Part shown: piece by piece, positions 19,957 through 39,553 of the stretch | Numbering within the stretch: the first letter of the stretch is position 1 | How the letters are laid out: every line of letters starts with the position of its first letter | DNA from: the human T2T-CHM13v2.0 reference genome, Homo sapiens | NCBI RefSeq assembly: GCF_009914755.1 | Contig: NC_060930.1 | Length of the DNA stretch: 64,000 bases | Direction: 5' to 3' (one strand) | Position numbers and translations under genes: made by a program | Notes under the pieces: model-generated | Seen by the model: only the letters and a program-made list of their open reading frames with translations | What the model was told of the DNA's origin: nothing | The model's database searches: none

Positions 19957-20847
19957 CTTATAATTTCTACAGGAATCAAGTTGAATTTATAGATTAATTT
20001 ACAATAATCGACAGGATGTTGAAACTTCCCACCTAAGAGCAAGATACTTTTTCAAGTTTTTTCAATAATATTTAAAAAGTTTTCTCTGCACAGACCTTAT
20101 CTATGTCTTAAGTTTATTCTTTTTTGTTACTGTTATAATGGGTTCCTAACTCCATCCTATGGCTTATTATTTCAAAGGAGTCACAGAAAATTTTCACAGG
20201 TTAGTATTAAAATACTAATTCCACACATAAGCACAATCAAGTGATTATGTGGAAATTATTTTTTAAAGTAAAAAAGAAATTTTTACTTTATACCAACAGA
20301 TTGTAAACCATGATGGCCTGGCCAGATGCCCAGCTAGAGCCATGAAATATGAAACCCACGCCTCACAGGGGGGCCAGAGCTAGGACTGGGCAGAGGAGCA
20401 ATAACCAGAGAGTAGACAGGGCACAAACAGCTCTTCACGGATGTATGAATTCAAGTTTATCGTTCTTACAAACATGAGAACAAAAAAAAGAGCCAATCAT
20501 ATGGTGGACCAGGAATAATACAGTAACTATATAGGAGAAAATTAAGATAGAAAGATAGTTATTGCAAGGAAAATATTTTTATGTAATTTCAAGTACTATG
20601 TCACAAATTTTTGTGTTCTGAAATGAATTAAATTTAACCATCAGACTGTTTTATTCTACTGGAAATAACATTTACTCAATTTAGGAAGATAAGGAGTTAT
20701 CACAATAAATCACAGAAAAACCTAAGTAACGACCACATTAAGATTGAGAATTCGGCCAGGTGCGGTGGCTCATGCCTGTAATCCCAGCACTTTGGGAGGC
20801 CGAGGTGGGCAGATCACAAGGTCAGGAGATCGAAACCATCCTGGCTA

Positions 20848-21030
<183 letters not shown>

Positions 21031-21059
21031 CTAAAAAAACAAAAACAAACAAACAAAAA

Positions 21060-21620
21060 AACTCATACCTATTTAGCAGTTATTCCCTGTCCCCATCCTC
21101 CCACTTCCTGGCAACCATCAATTTGTTTTTTGTATCTATGGATTTGCTTATTCTGCATACTTCATATAAATGGAAGCATACAATAAATATGTGACCTTTA
21201 GCGTCTGTCTTCTTTCACTTAGCATATTTGAAAAGTTCATCCATATTGTAGCATGTATCACCACCTCATTCCTTATAGCTGAATAACATTCCAATTTATG
21301 TATACACCATATACCACAATGTGTTTATCCATTCATCTACTGGTTAACATTTGGTTGTTTCTACCTTTTAGCTATTGTAAATAGTGCTGAACATTCCTCT
21401 ACAAATGTTTGAGTACAAGCTTTTCAATCCCTTTAAGTACATACCTAAAAATGAAACTGCTGGATCAAACATAATTCTACATTTAAGTTTCTGAGGACCC
21501 ACTAAACTTCCACAGCAGCTGAGCCATTCTGCATTCCCACCAGCAATGTATGAGGTATCCAATTTCTCCACATCCTCACTAACACTTGTTATTTTCCACT
21601 CTAGTGGGTGTGACATGTTA
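21060..21620 (-). mobile_element. L1M 3' fragment
   Basis: gttcatccatattgtagcatgtatc...gcattcccaccagcaatgtatgag. Confidence 0.75.
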
Positions 21621-21924
21621 AAACTAGTTTTAAGAATGTCTATACGCTGGGAGGCTGAAGTGAGCAGATTGCTTGAGTCCAGGAGTTGGAGACCAGCCTG
21701 ACAAAATAGAAAAACCCCATCTCTACAAAAAATACAAGAATTTAGCCAGGCATGGTGACACATGCCTGTAGTCCCACACACTCAGGAGGCTGAGGAAGGA
21801 AGATCACCTGAGCCTGGGGAGGTTGAAGCTGCAAGGCTGCAGTAAGTGGTGATTGTGCCACTGCACTCCAGCCTGGGAAACAGAGTGAGACCCTGTCTCA
21901 AAAAAAAAAAAAAAAAAAAAGCTA

Positions 21925-22131
<207 letters not shown>

Positions 22132-22424
22132 TCAGGAGGCTGAGGCAGGAGAATCACTTGAACCCAGGAGGTGGAGGTTGCCGTGAGCCGAGATAATCAA
22201 GATTGTGCCACTAGGCGACAGAGCAAGACACCATCTCAAAAACAAACAAACAAAAAAGATTGTCTATAATAACTACTTAACTTTTGAAGGAAAGCAGAAT
22301 GACCATTTAGTAAGACTGGAAAAAGTTACTCTTATTCTCTCGCCCTCCGCCACAGACACACATGCAGAAAAAGCTCAAATAACTAGTTTTTTTTTCCCCT
22401 GGAAAATAAGTTAAAATGTACTAC

Positions 22425-23835
22425 ATACCAAGTGAATGAGAAGACACAAGCCACAAGATGGAAAAAAAATATTTTCACAAGACTTATCTGATAAAGGATT
22501 CATCCAAAATATACACAGGACATTTAAAATTCAACAATAAAAAAACCCAATTAAAAAATGAGCAAAAGATGTGAACAGACACCTCATGAAGAAATATATA
22601 CATATGGGGCCAGGAGCAGTAGCTCATACTTATAATCCTAGCACTTTGAAAGGCTGAGGCAGGAGGACTGCGTGAGGTCAGGAGTTTGACATCACTCTGG
22701 GCAACATAGCAAGACCCCATTTCTATAAAAAATTTTAAAAATTAGCCAGCATGGTGGTGTGCACTTGCAGTCCCAGCTACTTGGGAAGCTGGGGTGGGAG
22801 GATCACTTGAGCCCAGGAGTTCAGTTACGGTGAGCTATGATCACACCACTGGCACTCTAGCCTGGGTGACAGAGTGAGACCCTGTCTCTAAAAAATAATT
22901 TTTAAAAGAACATATGCAGATGGTAAATGAATATAAAAAGATGTTTCACATCATATGTCAACAGGGAAATGCGAATGAAACAACAAGAAGACACTACTTA
23001 ACACCTATTAGAATAGCCAAAATCCAGAACACTGAACACCACCAAATGCTGGTGGGGATGTGGAGCAACAGAAACTCATTTGCTCACTGGGGTGAATACA
23101 AAATGGTACAGCAACTTTGGAAAACAGTTTGGCAGTTTCTTACAAAACTACATATACTCTTACCCTATGATAACACAATCATACTTCTTGGTATTTACCC
23201 CAAAAAGTCAGAAACTTAAGTGACACAAAAACCTGCACATGTATGTTTATAGCAGCTTTATTCATAATTGCCAAAATCTTGGAAGCAACCATGACGTCCT
23301 TCAGTAGGTGAATGGATAAATAAGGTGTGGTACAACCACATAAAGGAATATTATTCAGTACTCAATCAAGCTATGAAAAGACATAGAGGAAACTTTAATG
23401 CATATTACTAAATCAAAGAAGCCAACATGAAAAGGCCACATACTGTAAGATTCCAACTAGATAACATTCTGGAAAAGGCAAAACTATGAAGACAGTAGAT
23501 CAGTGGTTGTTAGGGGTGAGCAGAGAGGGAGGGATGAATAGGTAGAGAAAGAACAGAGAATTTTTAGGGCAGTAAAACTACTCTGTCTGGTGCATACATT
23601 TGTCCAATCCATAGGAAGTACACCAGCAAGAGAGAACTCTAATGTAAAGTATGGGCTTTGGGTGATAATCATGTGTCATAGTAGGCTCACTGATTGTAAC
23701 AAATATACCACTGTGTTCAGGATGCTGATAGTGAGGGAGATTGCCTGTGGAGGCAGGGGACCTATGGGAACTCTGTACTTTACACTCAATTTTGCTATGA
23801 ACCAAAAACTGCTCTAAAAAGTAAAGTCTATTTTT
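22425..23835 (+). mobile_element. L1MC-like 3' fragment with an Alu at 22608-22895
   Basis: ORF 22914 is degenerate L1 ORF2; 3' UTR-like end ggaactctgtactttacactcaattttgctatgaacc. Confidence 0.78.
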
Positions 23836-25461
23836 AAAAGTACTAAACATACATTCATTATATATACACATACACACACATAAAGAGAGAAGGAAAGACA
23901 AAGGTCCTGCTCTGTACCTCAGGCTAGAGTGCAGTGGCATGATCATAGCTCACTGCCACCTCAGCCTCCGGAGTAGCTGGGACTACAGGAGCATGCCACC
24001 ACACCTGGCTAATTTTATTTTTTGTAGAGATGGGGTCTTGCTACATTGCCCAGGCTGGTGGCAAACTTCTGGCCTTAAGAGATCCTCCTGCCTTGGCCTC
24101 CCAATGTGCTGGGATTACAGGTATGAGCTAGTGGGCTAGCTCATGGATTAAAAATATTTTTAAATTATATGCTAGATTACCTCAACAGATCACTAAAGGT
24201 TCAATATAAACTCAAAAAATTATTAGTAACAAGTGATTCTCCTGCCTCAGCCTCCTGAGTAGCTGGGGCCTGCCACCATGCCCAGCTAATTTTTGCATTT
24301 TTAGTAGAGACGAGGTTTCACAATATTGGCCAGGCTGGTCTCAAACTCCTGACTTCAAGTGATCCCCCCACCTCAACTTCCCAAAGTGCTGGGATTACAG
24401 GCGTGAGTCTCTGCGCCTGGCCCCAAGTTCTATTCATGTAAATATAACCTAATTAAATTCTCACAATAACCCTAGGAATCAGATGGTATTAGTGGATGTA
24501 TTTCTGTTTTACACTTGAGGAAACTGGTTTAAAGAGAATAATTCAGACCTGAACTTCAGATGTGACTCTAAAGCCATTATTTCCATACACCACCTGTCTC
24601 CGTTTGACTGCTGCAGCACTAGCTACCATGAGCTAACCCTCATGAGAGTCCTGAGAATTTGCATCCGAATAAAGAGCTTTTGGTAGCTTCAGTTCTGTAT
24701 GGCACATGGATTCTAACAGCTTAGACTAGTAAAATGTGCTCAGAATATACAGTTAACGATTGAGCACAACACTCAAACCTGCCAGGACGTGGTTTTCCCC
24801 TCTACTTTGCTGGGTAACCAAAAGCTATCAGACATTCATAGCTGGTTTATGAACTGAGAGGTTGCATAATATGCTAACAGCTACGCCAAAGTTTATTGGG
24901 TTCTAGGGCAGCAGAGCTTGGGGGTCCTCCAGATCCATATCTCAACTCATGAAGGATAAAAGATTACCTGGGTTCCTTTGCAAGTTAACAAGTACTGGCA
25001 TTTAGTCACTTTCACTCAAGGCAGGCAACTATGCAAAAGAGATTAGCAGAAACGGCAAATAACCAAAGGTAAATAAAGGGCAGACTTAACTGCTCATCCA
25101 CCGCAGCACTGAAAAATAACTGAATTTTTATCCTAACTCATGAAGGAGAATAAGGGAAGCAGGCTTGTCACTTAAGGGTAAGAAGCAAACTCAGCAGTTG
25201 TGAGAGATTAGAGAGTCTTGGCAGTGGGAAACAGGGCCCAAAATAGATGTATTAAGCATGGGCTAGGTGAGAGTTCTGATCAGCATGTATTTTTAGAAAT
25301 TGCACATTTCTACCTTTCCCATGTCCAGTTCAACATTAAGGAGCCAGCCTTCTGAAATGTCAGAAAAGTTCCTCCTACCCCCACAATCATCCTCACAATA
25401 GAAATAATCATAATCAGTGCCCAGCAGTAATTTTTTTTCTTTTTCTTCTTTTTTTTTTTGA

Positions 25462-25683
<222 letters not shown>

Positions 25684-26525
25684 TAACAAGGAAGCTAGTT
25701 GCTAACTAACCAGACTGTGTCAAGCTCTCAAGTAAGACTAAACTTGACCATGATCTGTTTTAAGTAACAAATTTTTCTGCTGGTGTTTTCTATTGCTGTC
25801 AAACTATTATATTACAAGGGCTGTTTTTATCTACCTCTGTTGGGCATTAAGAATAAAGAAACATGTAACATGATTGTAAAAAGTCAGAAAACATGATTGG
25901 TGGAGGAAACATTTAACAGCTGACAAGCTGTCTTATGGTAAATTATTGTAAATATAACTGAATATAAATAAACTTACTAAGGTTTTGTCCTCATCTACAA
26001 GCCAAGCCCTTTTGTTCTCTAGCATTATAAAACTCCCTTATTTCCAATATATCCGACAGCAGCTCAACCTGTTGTTTGCCTTCTGTAGAATTTTTTTTAA
26101 TAAGTTGATTTTAAAAATACAAGTGCTACTGACAGTTTCTAAAACTAAACAATGGCCTGCCATGGCCTAGGATATTAAAACAACAACAACAACAACAACG
26201 GAACAAATCTAAACAACGGGAAGTCATACATAAATCCTCTCCATTCTTCACAAATACTGTATCTTTTGCCCAACCTTTACCTTGATAAGTGAAGCTTTAC
26301 CTCCCATCATAAATCAAAAACTCAGGCAGGGCCTAAGAACTGGCCATTATGTAACACACCAATAGCATCCAGTAGAGTGTATATAAGGTACAACAAATAA
26401 TTATTAGAAGAACCAATCAGCTGGGTGCGGTGGCTCACACCTGTAATCCCAGCACTTTGGGAGGCTGAGGCGGGCGGATCACGAGGTCAGGAGATCGAGA
26501 CCACAATGAAACCCCATCTCTACTA

Positions 26526-26780
<255 letters not shown>

Positions 26781-26783
26781 TTA

Positions 26784-26978
<195 letters not shown>

Positions 26979-26985
26979 CTAGCTA

Positions 26986-28572
<1,587 letters not shown>

Positions 28573-28585
28573 AAATTTTTTTTGA

Positions 28586-28723
<138 letters not shown>

Positions 28724-28933
28724 TAATTTTTGTATTTTTAGTAGAGCCAGGATTTTGCTATGTTGGCAAGGCTGGTCTCGAACTCCTCAAGTAATCCACC
28801 CGCCTCAGCCTCCCAAAATGCTGGGATTACAGGTGTGAGCCACAATGCCTGACCTAAAAACATTTTAATTGGCCGGGCGCAGTGGCTCACGCCTGTAATA
28901 CCAGCACTTTGGGAGGCTGAGGTGAGTGGATCA

Positions 28934-29221
<288 letters not shown>

Positions 29222-29654
29222 TCATGTAAGTAAATAAAAGATTAAACATAAGTACCGTCCAGCATGACCATCCAGTTCATAAAGAACATTTTAGTACCAA
29301 AAACACTAGGACAAACCTAATTTCAGAACAAAAGACAAGTGGCAACTTTCCAATGCACTTATACATACATTGGCTTTCTTTTTCTCATTTTACCATAAAA
29401 TAAAAACTTGCTTCTAGCCTTGCATTTGGACATTGCTGCTCTAAGGCAAGCTCAGAGCATTGCTTCATACCCTAGAAGGAAGAAAAGATGGAGAAAGAAG
29501 AGCTGTGCCATGGGCAAAACTGGCTACCATTTTGGGGAGTGGGGAAAGCTCAGGACTGCCAGAAGAATGGAGAGGTTAAAAGCTGTATCTTGGCCAGGCG
29601 CAGTGGCTCACGCCTGTAATTCCAGCACTTTGGGAGGCTGAGGCAGGCGGATCA

Positions 29655-29942
<288 letters not shown>

Positions 29943-32573
29943 TTAGGACTACTTCAAGCTGCTTTTTTCCTCTCCTTCTTCCCTACCAAGTAGCTGGAGC
30001 CTGAGAAGGCCTATCTCTTTACAAGCTTGAGAAGGGACCTGAACTCTTGGAGGAATAACTGATCTGGAAAGGCACAGGCCAGGAGACCTCATAAAGCAAA
30101 GAAGTGCAGCAGCATACAATCCCCTGGGCTCCAGGGCATGGAGGAGAGAAAGTCTGGTTTATTTGGCTGTCATTAAATCAAATCAAAACATAGTACAGGG
30201 GAAAAACAAAAACACAGTATAGATGAATCTCAGACAGCAATTTTCAACTGGTGGCTCACAACCTCCCAGGTTTAAGCATCAACGTACGAAACAGTAGCTC
30301 TGCTTTTGTTTTGTGTTTTTTGTTTTTGAGACAGAGTCTCACTCTGTCGCCCAGGCTGGAGTGCAGTGGCGCACTCTCAGTTCACTGCAAACTCCACCTC
30401 CTGGGTTCACACCATTCTCCTGCCTCAGCCTCCTGAGTAGCTCAGACTACAGGCTCCCGCCACCACACCTGGCTCATTTTTTGTATTTTTAGCAGAGACG
30501 GGGTTTCACCGTGTTAGCCAGGATGGTCTTGATCTCCAGACCTCATGATCCGCCTGCCTCGGCCTCCCAAAGTGCTGGGATTACAGGAGTGAGCCACCGC
30601 GCCCGGCCCAACAGTAGCTCTGTTTAATAAGTAATTCATTGTCTGTTTTCTGGAGTGGATCTTGAGAAGCTTCCTCACAGTTCAACTCCCTTAGCAGCCT
30701 AGCTGATTTTGAATTAGTTCTATACTGTTTATTGGGTACCTGTAATAGACCACTGGTTGAACACAAGATATAGAAGAAAAACTTGTATAGAAATGTATGT
30801 TAACAAGGAACATAAATACAATTCTGCAAATTTCTTTCAAAATAATTTCTACCAGATCTGTAAGTTAAATTCAACTCATCAAAATGACTACACAAGAGAA
30901 AAATATATAATGAAGACTATCTCCATCTTGACTTTTTATTTACTGGGGGTTAAGTTACTCATAGCTACAACATTATTTACAAAAGGATACTTGAAAAAAG
31001 CATCCTGAAATCTCTCTTCTTTCATCATTCAGAAACAAAATTAATCTAAAAATATGAAATAAACCAGTAGTTTTCTTAAAGTTCAAAGGCAAAAATTCCA
31101 AACATTAAGACTTGTGTCAGACTTTTGTCTAAGCGATGGGGCTACAATGGTAAGCAAGACAGAGGAGACGGCTGCTCTGATGAAGTCACAGTTAAGGAGA
31201 GGGGTCTTGTAAACAGGTAAGTAAGATAACGTCAAACAGCGATAGGTACTAGGAAGGAAATTAAAGACCATGATGTGACAGTGTGTGACTTAAGAGGGCA
31301 ACATCAAAGACAGGGAAGCCTTTGGTCTAAGAAAAATCAACATATTGATCTAAAGTCATTTACCATGTCACTTCAGTACAATGAAAAGATTTTTTAAAAT
31401 TCTACTGAATATTATAACTTATTATAACTGAATAAACCACAAACAGAGCAGATGCCTGGAGGGTCTTCTCAGGAAACTTGGCAATATTAGGCAGCTGGCT
31501 GGTAGAAACTCCAAGGACCCAGAGACCCTAATCCTGACCTCTTCCTAGTATGACTAACACATGCCACTGGTGAAAGGTACATAATATTCATAATCTTGGG
31601 GACAAATCTGAGGTTTCCCAGAGGCAGTTTATAATGTCTATTACCTAAAAACAAATTTTTTAAAGTTACATTTGAATAAAGCCCTGAAACATAATATTTA
31701 GAAAACACTACATTTTTCTTGATTTATTTTTAAGAATTGGTGACTCCTCAAATAATATGGCAAGTTATTACTCAAAATCCAAACAGATTATCCATAGAAC
31801 ATTTATGACCATTTGCACCTGCCCTAATGGATAGTTTCTGCTGCCTTCTTGGCACCATTCTACAAGTCATCTCCACTATGCTCTATGAATCTAAACCTGA
31901 ATAATGCTGGCTAAAATAAATAGGAACTTACTTTTCTCACTAACAGAAATCTGAGGAAGACAGCTACTGGAGTTGGTCTGACCACTTGATGCCATCAAGG
32001 CCCAGACTCTGTATCTTTGCACTCTCCCATTCCTCCTCATGGCCTCAAAGTGGCGGCTACAACTCCAGATACAACTTCAGCGTTCAAGGCAGATGACAGA
32101 AGTAATAGTGCCAGTCACATCTGTTCTTCAGCAAACTTCTGCTTCTGGGTCAGACAGCCACTCCTAATTGCACAGAAAACTGGGAAATGAGTATTTAGCG
32201 AAAAGAGGGTTCAGGATGTGGGGTCAGCCAAACAACAGTGTCTGTCACACACTGGTTGAGCCAAATATGGGAAACCAATGTCCAACTTCCTTCCTCGGAC
32301 AGAACTTGACAAGCTGAACAATGGTGTTAATTTTAGACTAAGCTGACCATCAAACCAGTGAAGTCCAGCACCTCTGGGTGAATTCTCACATATTTTCTTT
32401 GGCTAAAACATAAACACGATTTTTGTTATAGTTGTTGTACTGTTGATGACAATCACCAACAAATAAAAAATGCATTAAAAATGTCTAATACTGGCCAGGC
32501 GCCGTGGCTCACACCTGTAATCCCAGCACTTTGAGAGGCCGAGGCAGGTGGATCACCTGAGGTCAGGAGTTCA

Positions 32574-32823
<250 letters not shown>

Positions 32824-32922
32824 TTAAAAAGCAACTTTATGGCTACTGAAAATGCTTTGGGCCAGGTGCGGTAGCTCATGCCTGTAATCCCAGCACTTTG
32901 GGAGGCCGAGGCAGGCAGATCA

Positions 32923-33234
<312 letters not shown>

Positions 33235-33404
33235 TTATTGATTCCTTACGAGATCCTTTCTGAAACCATTAGAGGTAACAGTCAGTTTATGTGGTTCACT
33301 GATTAGAAGAATAGAGAATCACACTAATTCTTATTAATGAGCACTGGGGAAATAGACTGGCAAGATGAGAATTATAATTCTTTAAGATGGTTGGCTAAGT
33401 GTCA

Positions 33405-34163
33405 TTTTTTTATTATTGTTATTTTTTATATTATACTTTAAGTTCTAGAGTACATGTACACAACGTGCAGGTTTGTTACATACGTATACATGTGCCATGT
33501 TGGTGTGCTGCACCCATTAACTCCTCATTTACATTAGGTATATCTCCTAATGCTATCCCTCCCCTAACCCCACACTACAACAGGCCCCGGTGTGTGATGT
33601 TCCCCACCCTGTGTCCAAGTGTTCTTATTGTTCAATTCCCACCTATAAGTGAGAACACGCAGTGTTTGGTTTTCTGTCCTTGCGATCGTTTGCTCAGAAT
33701 GATGGTTTCCAGCTTCACCCGTGTCCCTACAAAGGACATGAACTCATCATTTTTTATGGCTGCATAGTATTCCATGGTGTCTATGTGCCATATTTTCTTA
33801 ATCCAGTCTATCACTGATAGACATTTGGGTTGGTTCCAAGTCTTTGCTATTGTGAATAGTGCTGCAATAAACATATGTGTGCATGTGTCTTTATAGCAGC
33901 ATGATTTATAATCCTTTGGGTATATACCCAGTAATGGGATGGCTGGGTCAAATGGTATTTCTAGTTCTAGATCCTTGAGGAATTGCCACACTGTCTTCCA
34001 CAATAGTTCAACTAGTTTACAGTCCCACCAACAGCATAAAAGTGTTCCTATTTCTCCACATCCTCTCCAGCACCTGTTGTTTCCTGACTTTTTAATGATT
34101 GCTATTCTAACTGGTGTGAGATGGTATCTCATTGTGGTTTTGATTTGCGTTTCTCTGATGGCC
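33405..34163 (-). mobile_element. 5'-truncated L1PA (ORF2 C-terminus plus 3' UTR), same orientation as NUDT3
   Basis: ORF 33632-34165 is the L1 ORF2 C-terminus ([29 protein letters not shown]); TSD aagtgtca(t/c)ttttt at ~33397-33410 and ~34164-34177. Confidence 0.92.
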
Positions 34164-34285
34164 AAGTGTCACTTTTTTTTTAAGTGTACTTTGTGTCAGG
34201 TGCAGTTGCTCACACCTGTAATCCCAGCACTTTGAGAGGCCAAGGTGGGGAGATCATCTGAGGTCACGAGTTCGAGACTAGCCTA

Positions 34286-34527
<242 letters not shown>

Positions 34528-34762
34528 TTATCAATTACTGGTCAATAATACTATCTTCTTTTCTGGCTTAACATTGTCATCTACCCCCCATCTCATCCCT
34601 GCCCCCACTAAATCTGACAGGCTTTAATATATATACATAGAGAGAGAGAGAGCGAGAGCACGCGCGTGTGCCGGGCGCGGTGGCTCACACCTGTAATTCC
34701 AGCACTTTGGGAAGCCGAGGCGGGCGAATCACAAGCTCAGGAGATCGAGACCATCCTGGCTA

Positions 34763-34999
<237 letters not shown>

Positions 35000-35499
35000 T
35001 TATATGTGAATTTAATGTTATAAAATTTAAAGCCAGAATGATTAAAGAGAATAATTTCCTTCATACGTTTTGGGGGGAAACTAGAGGCTGAATGGTATCT
35101 ATCCTCATAAATAATTGTAGGCCTATTGTGTATGGAGCACCACGTAGGCACCACAGAGGATAAACTATGAGCAGGAGAGAACTCTGGTAACTTATAACGT
35201 AATGGGCTCAAAAGAGGCTATTTTCCAAATTTGCTATGGTGAATGTAGAACATCTTTATAATGGAAGGAAGACTACTAAAACTGCCTTAAAAAGTATTTT
35301 ATGGCATTCAAAATGTGCCAAAAATATCCATGTTTCTGACAAATTCAGCTTCTTCCCACAACACACACGCACTGGTGCTGGGATTCGTGATCAGCTTCAG
35401 CTAACAGTGACAACAGCAATAGATGCTGCTGAAGTTGGTATAGATTACACTTCTATAATTGTGTTACAGCCTTTCATTCCACCTGTTTTTGTTCTTTTA

Positions 35500-35661
<162 letters not shown>

Positions 35662-35664
35662 TTA

Positions 35665-35859
<195 letters not shown>

Positions 35860-36794
35860 CTACTTGTTTAACTCCTTTTGTGGATCTGTCAGAAGAAAAC
35901 TGTGTTATCTTTGTACATATTATTTTACCAGAATTATCACAGTAGACAGATTTCAACACTCTTTTGGTTCCAGTTCCCTTATTTCACTGACGTGGCTGGA
36001 TAGATCATGTCTATGTTTACTTCCAGGTTCACAAATGTAAAGATTCTATAACTTCAGGTCTTCCTCTCTTTCCATAAAAGCTCTTTCACAGTAAATTCAC
36101 AGAGCACCATTTACTGCAGTGAATCTTTCCTTTCTTTCCCAGTTCTTGTATTTTTTAGATCACATATCAGTCTGTCTTTGTGACGCTGTTATGATCAGCA
36201 TCTGATTTTTTTTTTAATGCCTGCACAATCTGTATTGGAGTAGCAGCAAATTTATACTCATCCTTCAACACTCAGATCTAGTCCTTTCGCACTGTGTCTG
36301 ACTTCTCAATCCAGCATTTGTCTACTCCTCCATTTCTAAAGCATTCGGAGAGGGTTCTTTTACAGCACTCATTTCACTGTATCATCATCATTTCTTGGCT
36401 AGTGTGATTCCTTCTGTGGTTCCTGCCTTCGTTACAGCACCAACTATGTTATCTGGGAGGCACTTTACTTTCCTCATTCAAGTCTCATAACAACTTCAAG
36501 AATTAGGTATTATTTATTCCCATTTTACAAATAAAAAAACTGACTCTCAGTCAACTTTCTGATTCTTCTGATCTTATAACATGCTCTTGAATCAGTCCCC
36601 AATCTTGGGACATCTCTACCGTTCTCTTTCCCCTCTCCAGCGTCTATATGCAAAGGGATAAGGAAATATATGAAACTTAAACAATATAAATTCCACCTCC
36701 TTTTGAGCCCACTAGGTAATAAGTTACCAGAGTTCGGCCGGGCGCTGTGGCTCATGCCTGTAATCCCAGCACTTTGGCCGAGGTAGGCGGATCA

Positions 36795-37046
<252 letters not shown>

Positions 37047-37379
37047 TTACCAGAGTTCTAAAACAGTCTCTCCTGCTCATAGTTTATCCTCCGTGGAGTC
37101 TACATGCTGCTTTATACACAGAAGGCCCACAATTGTTTGTGAGGATAAATACCATTCAGCCTCCAAATGTATCCCCTTATAAAACTATCACTTCAATCCT
37201 GACCACACCACAGTAACTCTGCCAGACTTTTTCTTGCCCCTCAAATCACCAGATCAGTATATTGATTGGAAGAGTAAATATGGTGAATAACTCTCCTTCT
37301 CAGAATAGATCCATCTGGAAGGAGTTTTCTCGAATTCATGTCAATATAACTCAGACTCTTGGGTTTTTTCATTTATCCA

Positions 37380-38720
37380 CCTTCCAATCTCCGAAGAAAA
37401 TGTGCTTCTTTCCTAAAGCCTGATTTAATCAACCCAAATCCACACGTCCATCTTACCATTCTTCTAACAGTTTTATAAAGTCATCGTTAAATCTGTTGCT
37501 ACATCTCATCTTCATTATAATTGATGGCTCTAGGTGTGATCTATCACCTATCACATCTTTGTGAAATGTTCTTCCACCTCCGCTTTTATGACAGTGCTTC
37601 GAGTGCCATGATGCCCCAAGCTCAGGCCCTACGCTCAGTTTTGCTTTCTGTGTACTTTCTCTTGTGCTAACTTTCTATTCTCCCTCTCCAAGGTCCCTGA
37701 CACTCCACACTGTATCTATAGTCCTAACTTCTTACTCCCCTTCTAGTCCCACATCTCCAACTATCATCAGTTGAATTCAGTTCATCACTTCAAATTCGAC
37801 ATGACAAAACCAAAGTTCCATCTTCTCTCCGAAACCAACCTCTCTTCTAAATTTCCATTTCTCCTGTCACCCAGGATCAAAATTTAAAAGTCATCTTCAA
37901 CCATGAGCTCCTTCATCTTTTTTTTTTCTTTTCTTGAGACAGGGTCTCACTCTGTCACCGAGGCTGGAGTGCAGTGGCACTATCATGCCACTTGACCTCC
38001 CAGGCTCAAGTGCAATGGCATCTAGTGCAGCCTCGATCTCCCAGGCTCAAGTGATCCTCCCACCTCAGCCTCCTGAGTAACTGGGACTACAGGCATGCAC
38101 CACCATGCACAGCTAATTTTTTATTTTTGTAGAGATGGGGTCTCCCTATGTTACTCAGGTTGGTCTTGAACTCCTGGCCTCAAGTGATTCTCCTGCTTCC
38201 GCCTCCCAAAGTGCTGGGATTACAGGCGTGAGCCACCATGCATGGTCTCCTTTATCTTTAACATATCATCTGTTACCAAACCTGTCCACCCTTTGATTAC
38301 AGTGTCACTTAATACTTCATTCCATTCTGCTGCTACCATGGCTCTCACTTCCAGAATAGAACATCATTCTCCCAATCATTCCCTCTGGTAGCCCCCGCTG
38401 AGTTCACCCTGCATTCTACTCTCACACATACCTTTCCACAACCCTTTGAAGGACAACTGTGGTTCCCCACTGTAGGATCAAACCCAAACTCCTCATTATC
38501 TCAAATCAAGGCTCTATACCCTTAGCTCCCAGCCAGCTGACACCCCTTATCACTCCCCATCAATACCCTGCCACACCACTATCCCAGACCCAGGTTCATA
38601 TGCTCAGAGTCTCTGGCATGCAACAAACTCATTCCCACCCTCAATCATGCTGGGTCTCCTTCTCCTAACATACTCTTTCCCCTCCTTTCTACGTAAATCC
38701 TATTAACTTCTTAGAGCCCA
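37380..38720. mobile_element. Degenerate L2 remnant with an Alu at 37918-38244
   Basis: Pyrimidine-rich L2-like motifs (cccacatctccaact, aggatcaaacccaaactcct). Confidence 0.45.
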
Positions 38721-39173
38721 AGACTGACTACTTCTGTATTTTGCATCCAAAATGAAGCACTCCGGAAGCACAGCCTTTCCTACATTTTTTTCTAACTGCT
38801 CCATGTACTTTATGTCCCACTTTTTAAATTTTTGTCTGATCCCACCCAAGGCACATAATGCAGCCACTTGTTCAACTGTACTGAAATGCCTAACGGTAAT
38901 TTAATTAATTCATCAATTTAGAAAAGCATTCTTCCTGGACAGCAGTGGACATGTCCACAGTTTTAAAACCATCACTGCACCGAGAATAGTGTTTTGCAAA
39001 AAGTGAAGCCTCAATAAATTCTTGTTAACCAAGACAGAACTTGGAGACTACAATATATGTATTTTAAGAAGCATCGTACTGTTTTCATAAACTTGGATTT
39101 TAAAAATTCATTTTAAAAAATCTGGTCCTTGATACCCCCAACATTTAAAACATTAAAAATTCACACATTCTCA

Positions 39174-39553
<380 letters not shown>

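Noticed and set aside
33632-34165. 177-aa ORF
   Set aside because: C-terminus of L1 ORF2 in a truncated element with no promoter
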